Shown here one piece after another: positions 7,238 through 16,489 of a stretch of 64,000 bases of DNA; position 1 is the stretch's first letter; each line of letters starts with the position of its first letter. The position numbers and the translations under genes were made by a program. The DNA is taken from positions 9,234 to 73,233 of IMG/VR virus record IMGVR_UViG_3300044691_000116; one strand, written 5' to 3'. The notes under the pieces were generated by a model, which saw only the letters and a list, made by a program, of their open reading frames with translations, did no database searches and was not told where the DNA came from. Source of the stretch: a virus.

Positions 7238-8427
7238 ATCACCTCGTCTAGCATTTCGGGGACAACGGTGTTCCGCGCCACGAGCCCATGCGTCGAGTGA
7301 AAGGTCATCGCGGTCGCCTGGCGCTCGGCGATCCAGCCGCCGCGGGCTGCATAGGCATCGCGCGCCGTCAGCGTCGGGTGCTGAATCACGGTCATGCCGG
7401 AATGCTCTTTTTCCTCGACGTGGTGCCGATGGCCGCAATGGGCATAGCGCTTCGTCGTCGCGCCCCACACCTTGGGGAACTGCGCCGCGAACAGCAGCGG
7501 GAGCTGGTCGTTTTTCTTCAGGTGCCCGTGATGCCAAGCGAGCATCGTCTGCCCATGCTCATAGACGTAGTACGGCAGCGGTGAATCGATCACTTCGACG
7601 CGCGGTTCGTTCTCGTACAGCGCCGCGAACAGCGTGCGCAGCCAGATTGATGACGAGATGTCGTGGTTGCCTTCGGCCATCAGGACGATGACCTTCGCAT
7701 GCCGCATCAGCGCGACGTCGACCACGCGGCGCAGGATGCGCACGGCAATCTGCACGACCTTCGGGAACCTGCCATCCGCATCGAGGACGAAGTGAGACGT
7801 CGGTGTCGTCGGGGAAATTGAGTCCTGGTGCAACCAGTCGCCGAGTTGAGCCACGATGCCGACGCCGGCCGCAGGGCTGCCGGCGACCATCTGCTCGAAG
7901 CAGCCCGTGAGGATGCGCTCGGCGATTTTTAGGTCCCAGTCTGCGCCGCCCTCGCGATTCCAGCAGAGGCTTCCGACGTGACTGTCCGTCAAAGTGTAGA
8001 GGTTGCAGAGGTGCGAGACCGTCAGTGACGGCAGTGGTGCAGGCGCGGCGCGTGGTACATCTTGGACCATCGCCTGCACAGCAGCGCGCATGAGTGCTTC
8101 GCGCTGGGCGGCATCAGGCGATTGGCGTTCCCAAGTGTCCTTGACCTGACCGAGTTCATTGCGATGAACCGTCACCTTGCCCATGAGGTAGCCGGGGGCG
8201 ACGCCATTGTTGAAATGCCCAGGCGCATGGCCTTGTAGGGCATCCAACTTCCTCTGCTCCAGCGCTGCGCGATTCTTCAAGCCCTGCATGGAGTCGGAAA
8301 CGCGCCCCTTGTTCATGCCGAGCGCTTTGGACGCCTTCGCCATGCTCCCGTGCTTCTCGATGGCCTCGATGTACTCGAGCTGCCGAACGGAGGCCCAGGT
8401 GCGGAGCTCGGCGTATTTGTCGATCAT
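7234..8427 (-). CDS. N-terminal HTH plus calcineurin-like metallophosphoesterase
   Basis: DSH, GDWLHQD, GNHD, HHGH and GHRHH motifs; N-terminus RQLEYIEAIEKHGSMAKASKALG. Confidence 0.85.
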   Translation of the reverse strand: MIDKYAELRTWASVRQLEYIEAIEKHGSMAKASKALGMNKGRVSDSMQGLKNRAALEQRKLDALQGHAPGHFNNGVAPGYLMGKVTVHRNELGQVKDTWERQSPDAAQREALMRAAVQAMVQDVPRAAPAPLPSLTVSHLCNLYTLTDSHVGSLCWNREGGADWDLKIAERILTGCFEQMVAGSPAAGVGIVAQLGDWLHQDSISPTTPTSHFVLDADGRFPKVVQIAVRILRRVVDVALMRHAKVIVLMAEGNHDISSSIWLRTLFAALYENEPRVEVIDSPLPYYVYEHGQTMLAWHHGHLKKNDQLPLLFAAQFPKVWGATTKRYAHCGHRHHVEEKEHSGMTVIQHPTLTARDAYAARGGWIAERQATAMTFHSTHGLVARNTVVPEMLDEVI

Positions 8428-8645
8428 TGCGATCCGACGTGTTCGCCACATCGCTCCGTAGATTCAGTGATCGGCCATACGGTGCAGGCTTCCTCATCGT
8501 CAACGATGACGACCGGAGGGAAGCGGAGGCAGAAGCCAGCGGTTCCCTCAGAGTTGCCTTCCCAGTGGGCGCAGTTTCCGCAGGTGCCGCGCACGACGGC
8601 TAGAACGTCGCTCTGCTGAGTCGATTCGGAGGTTTTTCGACTCAT
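8424..8645 (-). CDS. Small Cys-rich phage protein
   Basis: CxxC...CxRFPP...WP...CGEH motif; coupled on both sides. Confidence 0.75.
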   Translation of the reverse strand: MSRKTSESTQQSDVLAVVRGTCGNCAHWEGNSEGTAGFCLRFPPVVIVDDEEACTVWPITESTERCGEHVGSQ

Positions 8646-9148
8646 GGCGTTGGTGTGCTTAGGGTTGAATAGGACCGCTCGCAGGCGAGGCCGGCGATTC
8701 GGTTGGCGTCAGCCTCTGCTGCCACGCCTGTCGCAAAGTCGTCAGCTTCTCCGAGCACTTGGGCGAGCACCCCGATGGGGTCACCGGCTGGCGCGCCTCC
8801 ATTGGAAGCGGCGGGACTGCTGGCGCCGCGATGGGCAAGTACGTAGGCATTGAGTTGCAGCCGGAGAGAATCACGAGCGGCACTAGCGCGAGCAGCGCCA
8901 GCACGAGCAGCGTCAGCTTGAAGTTTGGCGTCATGGGCGATCCCTTGTTGGTCGGCGGCGATCTTTGCGGCCTTGGCTTGCTGCTCTTGGGCGAGCCGCA
9001 TGGAAGCTTCGGCGGTCTCGGCCTTGTTCTTGGCCTCGCCGATGGCCTGCTGATGACTCACGAATGCTGCATACCCAGCCAGCAGCGCCAGCACGAGCAG
9101 GCCAATCCCGATCGCCTTAACGGCGAGCGTCGACAGGCCGAATGGCAT
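8642..9148 (-). CDS. i-spanin (Rz, DUF2514-like)
   Basis: N-terminal TM, coiled coil, C-terminal ADANRIAGLACERSY. Confidence 0.85.
   Translation of the reverse strand: MPFGLSTLAVKAIGIGLLVLALLAGYAAFVSHQQAIGEAKNKAETAEASMRLAQEQQAKAAKIAADQQGIAHDAKLQADAARAGAARASAARDSLRLQLNAYVLAHRGASSPAASNGGAPAGDPIGVLAQVLGEADDFATGVAAEADANRIAGLACERSYSTLSTPTP
8659..8934 (-). CDS. Embedded o-spanin (Rz1) lipoprotein
   Basis: Signal peptide with lipobox LSGC; Pro-rich; nested in Rz in another frame. Confidence 0.8.
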   Translation of the reverse strand: MTPNFKLTLLVLALLALVPLVILSGCNSMPTYLPIAAPAVPPLPMEARQPVTPSGCSPKCSEKLTTLRQAWQQRLTPTESPASPASGPIQP

Positions 9149-9414
9149 CACTTCACCGCAGCGGTAGTGTTCAGGCGCGCAAGGGCCTGTTGCAGTGCTA
9201 GCGCCGTGGACTGCTTGCGCTCCGTCGCGGCGACGATCAGGGCGTCGTCATCGGTCGAGTTCGCGGCAGCCACCAGCACATCGACAGCGCCCTTGATCGC
9301 ATCGATGCGCAGGATGGAAGACTTCTGGCGCGTGAACCAGGCGTGCACGGCGATGCCGGCGACGAAGAGAAGAACAGCGGCGGCAGCAAGGGCGATCAGT
9401 TGGAACGTGGTCAT
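9148..9414 (-). CDS. Single-TM protein of the lysis cassette
   Basis: GGAG RBS, N-terminal TM. Confidence 0.7.
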   Translation of the reverse strand: MTTFQLIALAAAAVLLFVAGIAVHAWFTRQKSSILRIDAIKGAVDVLVAAANSTDDDALIVAATERKQSTALALQQALARLNTTAAVK

Positions 9415-9466
9415 GGAGTTCTCCAATGGAATGGTGCGCGGAGAAAGGGCCGCGCGCGCCCTGGGT

Positions 9467-9727
9467 TCAGTTGGTGGCGGCCGAAGCGTCGCCCTTTAGG
9501 ACGGACTTGATGCCGACGGCGACGCCGACAGCAGAGCCCAGAATGGTCATATGCTGCGAGTACTGTCCGAGGTCAGCTATGGTCAACATGTAGTGCTGAT
9601 GGGCCAGCATGAAGCCGAGCAAGCCGTGATAGCCGCTGATCGCCAAGCCGCCTGCGACGCGGGTCGGGCAGAGCGTGGCGCCGTCCGGCTCTGTGAAGAT
9701 CTGCAGGAGGCGTTCTTTGATGGTCAT
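9467..9727 (-). CDS. Holin-like two-TM protein
   Basis: MTIKERLLQIFTEPDG..., directly after the endolysin. Confidence 0.65.
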   Translation of the reverse strand: MTIKERLLQIFTEPDGATLCPTRVAGGLAISGYHGLLGFMLAHQHYMLTIADLGQYSQHMTILGSAVGVAVGIKSVLKGDASAATN

Positions 9728-9729
9728 GA

Positions 9730-10350
9730 CTATTCCGAAAAGGCGTTGAGCGCCTGCTGGGTGTACTGCTTGCGCAGGGTCGCTTGCAGCATCGCGCGGC
9801 CATTGATCGCGCGGGTGATGGCATCTAAGGCCCCAGCATCGGCCAAGGCATTGAGCTTGTTTGTGTGCCAGAACCATGCGGCCGTCAGGCATGCGTCGGC
9901 GGGCAACGACACCAGCGATGGCGCGTTCAGGTAGTCGTGGGCGAGCCCAGTCGCGGCGTCGGAGTAATGTTCTCGGCCCGTAACCTGCAGCAGGCCGCGG
10001 CCACGAAACGTGTATCCATCGCCGCTGGACTCGTCGCCGTTGCCGAGACGGTTGGCGTAGACGCGTGCGCCCAGCTTCGAAGGGTTCTTGGCGTACGGCG
10101 CCGCCTCCGATGCGCTCATGAAATGCGACGGGAAGACATCCCAGATGTGCGCTGGATCGCTGTAGAAGAGATTCTCTTCCGTGTGGATCAGGCGGTCGCT
10201 CTCGACCATGCACTGCCCGAGGAAGGCGGCGATACGCGCCGGCGTGTCGATGTCGAATCGAGCGCATGCATCGTTGAGGGGTGCCGCGAACGTGCTGGCC
10301 TGCGTTGGAGCGATGCCTGCGGCGACGAGCTGCGATGCAGAGATATTCAT
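9730..10350 (-). CDS. Endolysin, GH19 chitinase-like
   Basis: AAFLGQCMVES, EENL, YANRLGNG, FRGRGLLQVTGR, AWFW, TRAING. Confidence 0.95.
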   Translation of the reverse strand: MNISASQLVAAGIAPTQASTFAAPLNDACARFDIDTPARIAAFLGQCMVESDRLIHTEENLFYSDPAHIWDVFPSHFMSASEAAPYAKNPSKLGARVYANRLGNGDESSGDGYTFRGRGLLQVTGREHYSDAATGLAHDYLNAPSLVSLPADACLTAAWFWHTNKLNALADAGALDAITRAINGRAMLQATLRKQYTQQALNAFSE

Positions 10351-10354
10351 GCGA

Positions 10355-10534
10355 TCAGCCCAGGTTGCCTGGAATCTTGGTGCTCAACTTCCCGTCCGAG
10401 CCGACTCCGACACCCTTCGCGGCGCCAGGAACCTGCGTCCAAGACGGCGAAGCCGGCACAGTGGCCGGCTTCGTGACTTTTTCTCCCAGCGGCCTGAACT
10501 TGGGCTCGCTGTCGGTCGGGTCGTTCGTTCTCAT
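10355..10534 (-). CDS. Small hypothetical protein
   Basis: MRTNDPTD..., ATGA coupling. Confidence 0.45.
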   Translation of the reverse strand: MRTNDPTDSEPKFRPLGEKVTKPATVPASPSWTQVPGAAKGVGVGSDGKLSTKIPGNLG

Positions 10535-10704
10535 GGCGTACGCCTCACAATCTTGTCGCGGATGAGGATGTAGAGCTGAACCACGGTGTAGACCAGGGTC
10601 GCGGCCAGCGCGAGGTTTTGCAGCGTGATGGAGCCGAAGAGGTAGCCGATCCAGGCGGCAGCGACCTTGAGGCAGGCAGCGAAAGGAGTGGTGTCGTCGT
10701 GCAC
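10531..10704 (-). CDS. Holin candidate (57 aa, not in the ORF track)
   Basis: AAAAGGA RBS and GTG start; MHDDTTPFAACLKVAAAWIGYLFGSITLQNLALAATLVYTVVQLYILIRDKIVRRTP*, two hydrophobic segments and a basic tail. Confidence 0.7.
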   Translation of the reverse strand: MHDDTTPFAACLKVAAAWIGYLFGSITLQNLALAATLVYTVVQLYILIRDKIVRRTP

Positions 10705-10728
10705 TGGTTATCCTTTTGGAATGCTGCT

Positions 10729-12732
10729 TCAGACCAATGCGACTGCGGACGCCTGAAACGTCGCAGTGCCGCCGCCGGTATTCGTGATCGTGGCTGACGG
10801 GTCGTTCCCCGTGACGCCGAAGGTGATCGTGCCACCGGTGGCGGTGGAGCCCAGTGTCAAGACGAGTACAGCCGCGCCGCTTGAACTTGACGTATAGAGC
10901 GCCCACCCACGAACGATGTGCGCCGTCCCGCTCGAGAACAATGAGACGAGAGTCAATCGCTCTTGGGCGCGCAGCGTTCCCGAGCCTGAACCAATGACGG
11001 GCATGACTACGGGATAACTGCCCGCAGCACTGCTACCGACGGCCACGATATTTCCGGTGACATCGCCTCCCAGCGTGACATCTTCGGAGAAGACTGCGGG
11101 CTGCAAAACACCGTTGAATGTGTTTTTTGTCAGCGTTGCAGCACCCAGAGGATTCAGTGCATTTCCCTGGAACGTGACTCCGGAAATGATGGTGCTGGGC
11201 GTCGCTGCCTGCGTGTAACCCACACCGGATTGAAAGGCCGTGATCAAGTAGTTCTGTGCGCCGGCGGTGTTGTCGGTCTTGATCAAGGTCATGGGTCCGA
11301 CCGTGATGTTCGTCGCAGATCCGGCGGTTCCCGCTCCGAGATTGATCGCCGGTTGCTGCGAGGTCACCTTGATCCTGCCGCCGCTAAGCGTCGAATCCTG
11401 TCCGATATTGACCAACGCGGCGCCCATGGCGCCCTCGATGTCGTTGTCGCCATAAGTACAGCTGTGAGCGAAGGAGACGGCATTGGCTGCGCCGCCGGTC
11501 GTGCATCGCACGGTGTTGCCCGTGAAGACGCCGGAGTCCGCCACCACCGCGCCGCCTTGAAATTCGATAAACCGCGTATTGGTGATCGCGACCCGACCCA
11601 AGGCCGCCACACCCTTCTGTCCAGCGACCTGCGCCGATGACCAGAAGTTGCAGAAGTCGATTGAGAACTCGCTGTTCACATCCGAATTCACGACAGTATC
11701 GAATAGGAATTCGGCTGTGACGCGCGAAATGTGGCTATCGCTGGTGAAGGTATCGCCCGTGATAGCGCGCGCGGCGGACGACACCCACAAGTCACGGTGC
11801 GTGACGCCGTTCATGTTGCTTCCGCAGCTCAGCGTGAGATTCTGAGAGGGCTGCGTGTAGCCCGACGGGCCGATCAGGCCCATGTCGCGAATCGTAGACG
11901 GCGTGCCGCTGATCCGATAGTTCCAGATCAGCTTGTAGTAATCGGCGGTGCCTACATGATTGGCCGCAAAGAAGGCCGCGTTATTCGACGTCGTGATCCT
12001 GGTCTCATAGGTGCCCGCTCCGTAGAACGTTGACTCTTGCCCAGTCATGCGAATCAAGCCATTCGGCCGCGCCGTGGTCAGGTTGATCAGGTACAGGCCT
12101 TCCGGCGCGTAGATGGACCTAGCGCCCGACCAGAGCGCGAGCTGACACCCGATGTAGTCCCAGGTGTCGGTGTCCTGAAACGGCTGGGCTGTCGGAGGGG
12201 CAAAGGTTCCGCCCGTGCCGTAAGGCGAATTCGCCAGGTTCGTCTTCAGTGGGTTGCCGTTCCAGGTATTCCACGGCTTCGCCATGATGGAGATGCTCTG
12301 CGAAGCGGGAGTCGCGCCGGTGCCATCGCCAAGCGCCCCGAAGTCCTTCACACTGACTGTATCCGTCAGTTTGTTGAAGATCGTGCGGAGGATCCCGCCC
12401 GACAGGCTGGACAGGAAGCCGACCAATGTCGATCCAGCCGAACTAGCCAGGGTCGCCAAAAATCCCGTGAGCACGTTCCCCCACCGAATGCCGAGCGACT
12501 GAGTGCTGTCGGCAATCGGCGATGTTCCATCGGCTCCGACGGCGAGGCGCCCATCCGCTGCACTTCCGCGTGCGATCAAATCCCCTTTTGCAGTGGTCGG
12601 CGTGTAGAGATCCGCGATGTCTTGCGACGTCGCCTTGAAGTTGTCGCCCGCCTGGACGACTCGAATCAGTTCAGCGCCAGTGAGCGGGGCCGCGGCCGTT
12701 TCGCCGGAGGTCGTTTTGTTGACAAGAGGCAT
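10729..12732 (-). CDS. Tailspike with pectate-lyase-like right-handed beta-helix
   Basis: VSVKDFGALGDG, IYAPEGLYLI, beta-helix repeats; N-terminal LTGAELIRVVQAG attachment motif. Confidence 0.85.
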   Translation of the reverse strand: MPLVNKTTSGETAAAPLTGAELIRVVQAGDNFKATSQDIADLYTPTTAKGDLIARGSAADGRLAVGADGTSPIADSTQSLGIRWGNVLTGFLATLASSAGSTLVGFLSSLSGGILRTIFNKLTDTVSVKDFGALGDGTGATPASQSISIMAKPWNTWNGNPLKTNLANSPYGTGGTFAPPTAQPFQDTDTWDYIGCQLALWSGARSIYAPEGLYLINLTTARPNGLIRMTGQESTFYGAGTYETRITTSNNAAFFAANHVGTADYYKLIWNYRISGTPSTIRDMGLIGPSGYTQPSQNLTLSCGSNMNGVTHRDLWVSSAARAITGDTFTSDSHISRVTAEFLFDTVVNSDVNSEFSIDFCNFWSSAQVAGQKGVAALGRVAITNTRFIEFQGGAVVADSGVFTGNTVRCTTGGAANAVSFAHSCTYGDNDIEGAMGAALVNIGQDSTLSGGRIKVTSQQPAINLGAGTAGSATNITVGPMTLIKTDNTAGAQNYLITAFQSGVGYTQAATPSTIISGVTFQGNALNPLGAATLTKNTFNGVLQPAVFSEDVTLGGDVTGNIVAVGSSAAGSYPVVMPVIGSGSGTLRAQERLTLVSLFSSGTAHIVRGWALYTSSSSGAAVLVLTLGSTATGGTITFGVTGNDPSATITNTGGGTATFQASAVALV

Positions 12733-12733
12733 T

Positions 12734-13045
12734 TCACACTCTCAATTCAAAGGAACCGTCTTCGCGAAGCTCGAAAGAGCCGTCTTCGCGAAGCTCAAAG
12801 GTGGGGGTAAGAATTTCTTGGATCGCCTTGAGCAACTGGCCCGGATCTGTCGGATCAAAGTCAAGGCCCGCAGCGATGATGACGGTGCGGAATTCCTCGT
12901 ACATGCCCAGGAACCAGTCGCCGCCGATGTGCGTCGGCGGCGTGGATGTCACCGCATCGCCAGCCGTCGGAAATCCGATCGAATACTTGGTCTGCGGCGC
13001 CCATTCCGTAGGGGCTGCATTGGCAGTCCATAGAAAGTCGGCCAT
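12734..13045 (-). CDS. Tail-fibre N-terminal-domain paralogue 3, with C-terminal FELREDGS repeats
   Basis: WFLGMYEEFRTVIIAAGLDFDPTDPGQLLKAI. Confidence 0.75.
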   Translation of the reverse strand: MADFLWTANAAPTEWAPQTKYSIGFPTAGDAVTSTPPTHIGGDWFLGMYEEFRTVIIAAGLDFDPTDPGQLLKAIQEILTPTFELREDGSFELREDGSFELRV

Positions 13046-13048
13046 GTG

Positions 13049-13300
13049 CTACAGCCCTCCGGCAGCCAGGATCTCGACTGCCTGATAGAACTGCTTCAGA
13101 TTGGTCGGGTCAGGCGTCAGGCCGGCGGCGACGATCACATTGCGGATCGACTCGGCGACGTAGTAGAAGATGAACGGTCCCAGGACTGTCGTCGCCCCAG
13201 GTGTCCAGGCGGCGTTGTTGATTTGGGTAAACCCATACGCCCCCGGAAAAGGAGGGGACGTCGGCAATCCACTTGCGTTGGAGGCGTAGACATGATCCAT
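13049..13300 (-). CDS. Tail-fibre N-terminal-domain paralogue 2
   Basis: IFYYVAESIRNVIVAAGLTPDPTNLKQFYQAV. Confidence 0.75.
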   Translation of the reverse strand: MDHVYASNASGLPTSPPFPGAYGFTQINNAAWTPGATTVLGPFIFYYVAESIRNVIVAAGLTPDPTNLKQFYQAVEILAAGGL

Positions 13301-13312
13301 GCCTGACCCCGA

Positions 13313-13564
13313 TCAGATCGCGCCGGCGCGAATGCCGATGTTTCGGATGGCCTGGAACAGCTGCGTCGTATCGTACGGATCGGGGACGAGCCCGCCGCCA
13401 ATGATCACGTTGCGGACCTCCTCGCCCCATCCGTAGTAGAACCACGCCCCCGGCGTCGTCGCGCGTACCGTGGGCGTTGCGCCGCGAGGGTAGCCAGCAA
13501 CGGACGTAGCGGGATAGGCGGGGGGCGTTCCGGCCGCTCCCGATTGGTAGGCGCGCGGCTCCAT
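13313..13564 (-). CDS. Tail-fibre N-terminal-domain paralogue 1
   Basis: ATTPGAWFYYGWGEEVRNVIIGGGLVPDPYDTTQLFQAI. Confidence 0.75.
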   Translation of the reverse strand: MEPRAYQSGAAGTPPAYPATSVAGYPRGATPTVRATTPGAWFYYGWGEEVRNVIIGGGLVPDPYDTTQLFQAIRNIGIRAGAI

Positions 13565-14346
13565 CACTTGCCTCGCACATTCAGAAGAATACTTGTCGTG
13601 CTGCCAACCGGGATGGCGCCTATTGCCACCAAGCAGTTCGACAAGGTGTGTGAGATGACGGTGGCGCCGACGAAGTTGTTAGCTCCGCCACTGGTCGCAC
13701 TCGGATTCGTCGCTGAGACGCGCGGCGTAAACGATGCCGTCGGGAACGCGATGGGGTAGGAAATCGTGATGATGGTGCTCGGGCCGGAGCTCGTTTCGCA
13801 CCACTGCTCAATCATTCCACCTGGGAACTTCTGGTAGCCGTTGACCGCAATCGATTGATTCGCGCCCGTGAAGGCCGAGTTCAGAACAAACGACGGCGCG
13901 CCGGTGATCTGGCTCCACGGGTAGGTTCCCGGCTGGAGGACAGACCAGCCCGTCGCAGGAGAGGTCAAAGTCCCGGTGTCCGGATTGACCGTGTTGTTCT
14001 CCGCGGTCGAAACCCAGAAGGCGCTATAGGAGGCAGCCTTGAGGATGGCGCCAAGTGGGTAGCCTCCGATCGCCGCCTGGAAGGTCGCGTCGCGCTGGAA
14101 CACGCCGCCCGCCTGAATCCAGCGCGAGCACGCCGACAACTGCTGCAAGATGCCGTTCATGTCCTCGCCGAAGAACGACACGCCGCCCGAGAGTGGGTCG
14201 ATGAAGTTCGCGGGCGGGAAGCCCGTATCGAGGCTGGCGTAACCCAGCGTCGAGCTGGCCGCCGTCGGGATCGGTCGGATGTAGCTCGGCCCCGCGGAGT
14301 TACCCCACGGGATCGGGAACTTGGCGGGGATTTGGCTGCTGTTCAT
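13564..14346 (-). CDS. Short tail fibre protein
   Basis: ASLDTGFPP...DMNGIL...IGGYPLGA N-domain; GYQKFPGGMIEQW...PIAFP C-domain. Confidence 0.85.
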   Translation of the reverse strand: MNSSQIPAKFPIPWGNSAGPSYIRPIPTAASSTLGYASLDTGFPPANFIDPLSGGVSFFGEDMNGILQQLSACSRWIQAGGVFQRDATFQAAIGGYPLGAILKAASYSAFWVSTAENNTVNPDTGTLTSPATGWSVLQPGTYPWSQITGAPSFVLNSAFTGANQSIAVNGYQKFPGGMIEQWCETSSGPSTIITISYPIAFPTASFTPRVSATNPSATSGGANNFVGATVISHTLSNCLVAIGAIPVGSTTSILLNVRGK

Positions 14347-14357
14347 GGAGGTCTAGG

Positions 14358-15014
14358 TCAAGGGGTGACGATGGACATCAGCACGCCAGACGGGCTCGCG
14401 AAGGCGCCCGACTGCTGCAAGATGGCGAGGTCGAGAGGCGTAGGCGTGAAGTCGAAGACGTAGGCCGCAGTCATGCTACCGAGGTCGGAGACGTAGACGT
14501 TTCCCTGCCCGGCGAACATCTGCATCAGCGCTGCATTCATCGACGGGATCGAGCGATCGGAGATGTTCGAGAGCGCCTTGACGAGGATCAGCCTGCGGTA
14601 GTCGTCATCGAGCAGGATGTAGTTCGGCGTCTGGTGATTGCTCGTGTTGAACGGCGCTTGGCCGAAGCCGAACCACGTCGCCGACAGCGCTTCGGCGAAC
14701 CCGGCAAGGCGTCCGGTCTGGCCGCCGGGCACGTAGAGCGCGCGGCGCACATTGACGATGCGGCCCCAGATGTCCAGACCGTAGCCTGTGGCCGTATCGA
14801 TATTCAGGATCGAGTCGTAGAACAGATCACTCAGGCCATCGGCGTTGATGGCATCCGAGAAGGACTCGATCAGCGCCAGAATTCGTGGGCTGTTCGCGTA
14901 CTGGCTCAGGATCGTCTGTGGCCAGACCGGCGGGATGCGAGGGTAGAGCTCCGGGCCGACGGGGAGATCGACGGTCGAGTCAACCGTCGGATCGAGGAAT
15001 CCGGGGAGCGCCAT
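14358..15014 (-). CDS. Baseplate wedge protein (DUF2612-like)
   Basis: SQYANSPR, DTATGYGLDIWGRIV, LDDDYRRLI. Confidence 0.9.
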   Translation of the reverse strand: MALPGFLDPTVDSTVDLPVGPELYPRIPPVWPQTILSQYANSPRILALIESFSDAINADGLSDLFYDSILNIDTATGYGLDIWGRIVNVRRALYVPGGQTGRLAGFAEALSATWFGFGQAPFNTSNHQTPNYILLDDDYRRLILVKALSNISDRSIPSMNAALMQMFAGQGNVYVSDLGSMTAAYVFDFTPTPLDLAILQQSGAFASPSGVLMSIVTP

Positions 15015-15016
15015 GG

Positions 15017-16429
15017 TCAGGAGAAGGTCACGGCGATGTCAGTCGCCACGAGCTTCGGGATCTGATCCATGCGCATCAGGATCGAGTTCTGATTCGCGGC
15101 GGTGATGCCCAACAGGATCGAGTAGATCTGTGCCCACGCGCCAATCGATGCGATGCCCGCATAGAACCGACTCGCGAAGATGGAGCTGGCGATCCGCGCC
15201 TTCAGGCCGCCATCCGTGCCGTTGAAGGCGGACATCACGGCCGCGCGGATCAAGGCGACGGCATTGGACGGAACATTGCCGTTGGCCTGCATGGCAATCG
15301 CGAACTTCACCGCCGTCGGCGTCGGGATCTGGAAGCTGACGTTGTAGGCCGGAAAGCCTGCGGTGTAGGCCGGGTTCGTGTCCGCGACCGAGACTGTCGT
15401 GCTGCCGTTGTAGTCACAACCTGGATTCTTCTTGCGCAGGATGACGGCCCCGATGTCGGCCGCGGCGCCTCCGTAGGCCGCCACGTAGATCGAATGCGGC
15501 ACCAGCGGGACACCGCCGAAGGCGGCCGTCAGCGTGGCCGATGCCACGGTGCCGGAGATGTTGACGGCATACGTCCCCGCCCCGCCCGTCGTACCGCTGA
15601 TCTGCTGCGTGACCGCCGTCCCACTCGTCGTCGTGCCACCCGAGAGCATCATTCCTTGCGCGATGGTCCCCGTCACGCCCGATGCGGTCAGAACAGTGCC
15701 GGCGATCGACCCCGTGAAAACAGCGCCGCTGGTGACCGCAAGCGGGTTCTCGAGCGCGTAGGCGTCGAGCACGCCCGGAACCGCCAGCACTGCGGCGAGG
15801 ACGGCGCCTGTCTGGCCGGTGGCATTGAGAGCGACCGACTGCCTGCGGCGAAATTCGAAGTCGGCGCGGGTCTCGACGTTGTTGCCCTGCACGCCGTCGG
15901 CGGGGTTCGTGATGGAGTCCCAGCCGGGGATCGACTGATAGATCGACGTCAGGCTTCCTGCCGGGCAGGCAATGGGGCCGGTCGTCGCGCACGCAAAGGT
16001 CAGCGTCACGAAACCGCCGACGGGAATCGTTCCGGCTTCGGTGGCAAAGTAGATGTTGCCGTCCGCGGCGACTGCCTGGGCTCCGATAGGGATGAAGACA
16101 CCGACGAGTCCGTAGCAGTTGGCGGTCACGACCGTCGACGTCGCGGCGATCCGCTCGAGGAAGTAGATGCGGGCCAGCGCGTCCTGAAACCGACCCGATG
16201 CCAGCGCGGGATCGAACCCGTTGGCGATCGCGAGCAGGCTGTCGTTGCAGGCGCCGATGATGGCCGTCTGCGACTGCGCCAGCTGGCCTTGCGGCGTCAC
16301 CAACGACGGATTGAGGTCGCCGCCGAAGGCGCTCTGCATGTCGGCTTGCACGCCCGCGAGGATGGCGGACTCGGCCGGAACGACGATGCCGGACGGGCCG
16401 ATCGTGATGGATGGGACATTGGTCGTCAT
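15017..16429 (-). CDS. Baseplate J-like protein with an inserted beta-rich module
   Basis: [24 protein letters not shown] motifs; insertion at ~15525-15730. Confidence 0.9.
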   Translation of the reverse strand: MTTNVPSITIGPSGIVVPAESAILAGVQADMQSAFGGDLNPSLVTPQGQLAQSQTAIIGACNDSLLAIANGFDPALASGRFQDALARIYFLERIAATSTVVTANCYGLVGVFIPIGAQAVAADGNIYFATEAGTIPVGGFVTLTFACATTGPIACPAGSLTSIYQSIPGWDSITNPADGVQGNNVETRADFEFRRRQSVALNATGQTGAVLAAVLAVPGVLDAYALENPLAVTSGAVFTGSIAGTVLTASGVTGTIAQGMMLSGGTTTSGTAVTQQISGTTGGAGTYAVNISGTVASATLTAAFGGVPLVPHSIYVAAYGGAAADIGAVILRKKNPGCDYNGSTTVSVADTNPAYTAGFPAYNVSFQIPTPTAVKFAIAMQANGNVPSNAVALIRAAVMSAFNGTDGGLKARIASSIFASRFYAGIASIGAWAQIYSILLGITAANQNSILMRMDQIPKLVATDIAVTFS

Positions 16430-16445
16430 GGGTGCCCTGAAACGC

Positions 16446-16470
16446 AAAAAGGCCACCCGAAGGCGGCCTC
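16446..16470 (-). terminator. Intra-operon terminator-like hairpin
   Basis: AGGCCGCC-TTCG-GGTGGCCT-TTTT on minus. Confidence 0.65.
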
Positions 16471-16489
16471 GTTGCTGGCGAAGAGGGTT

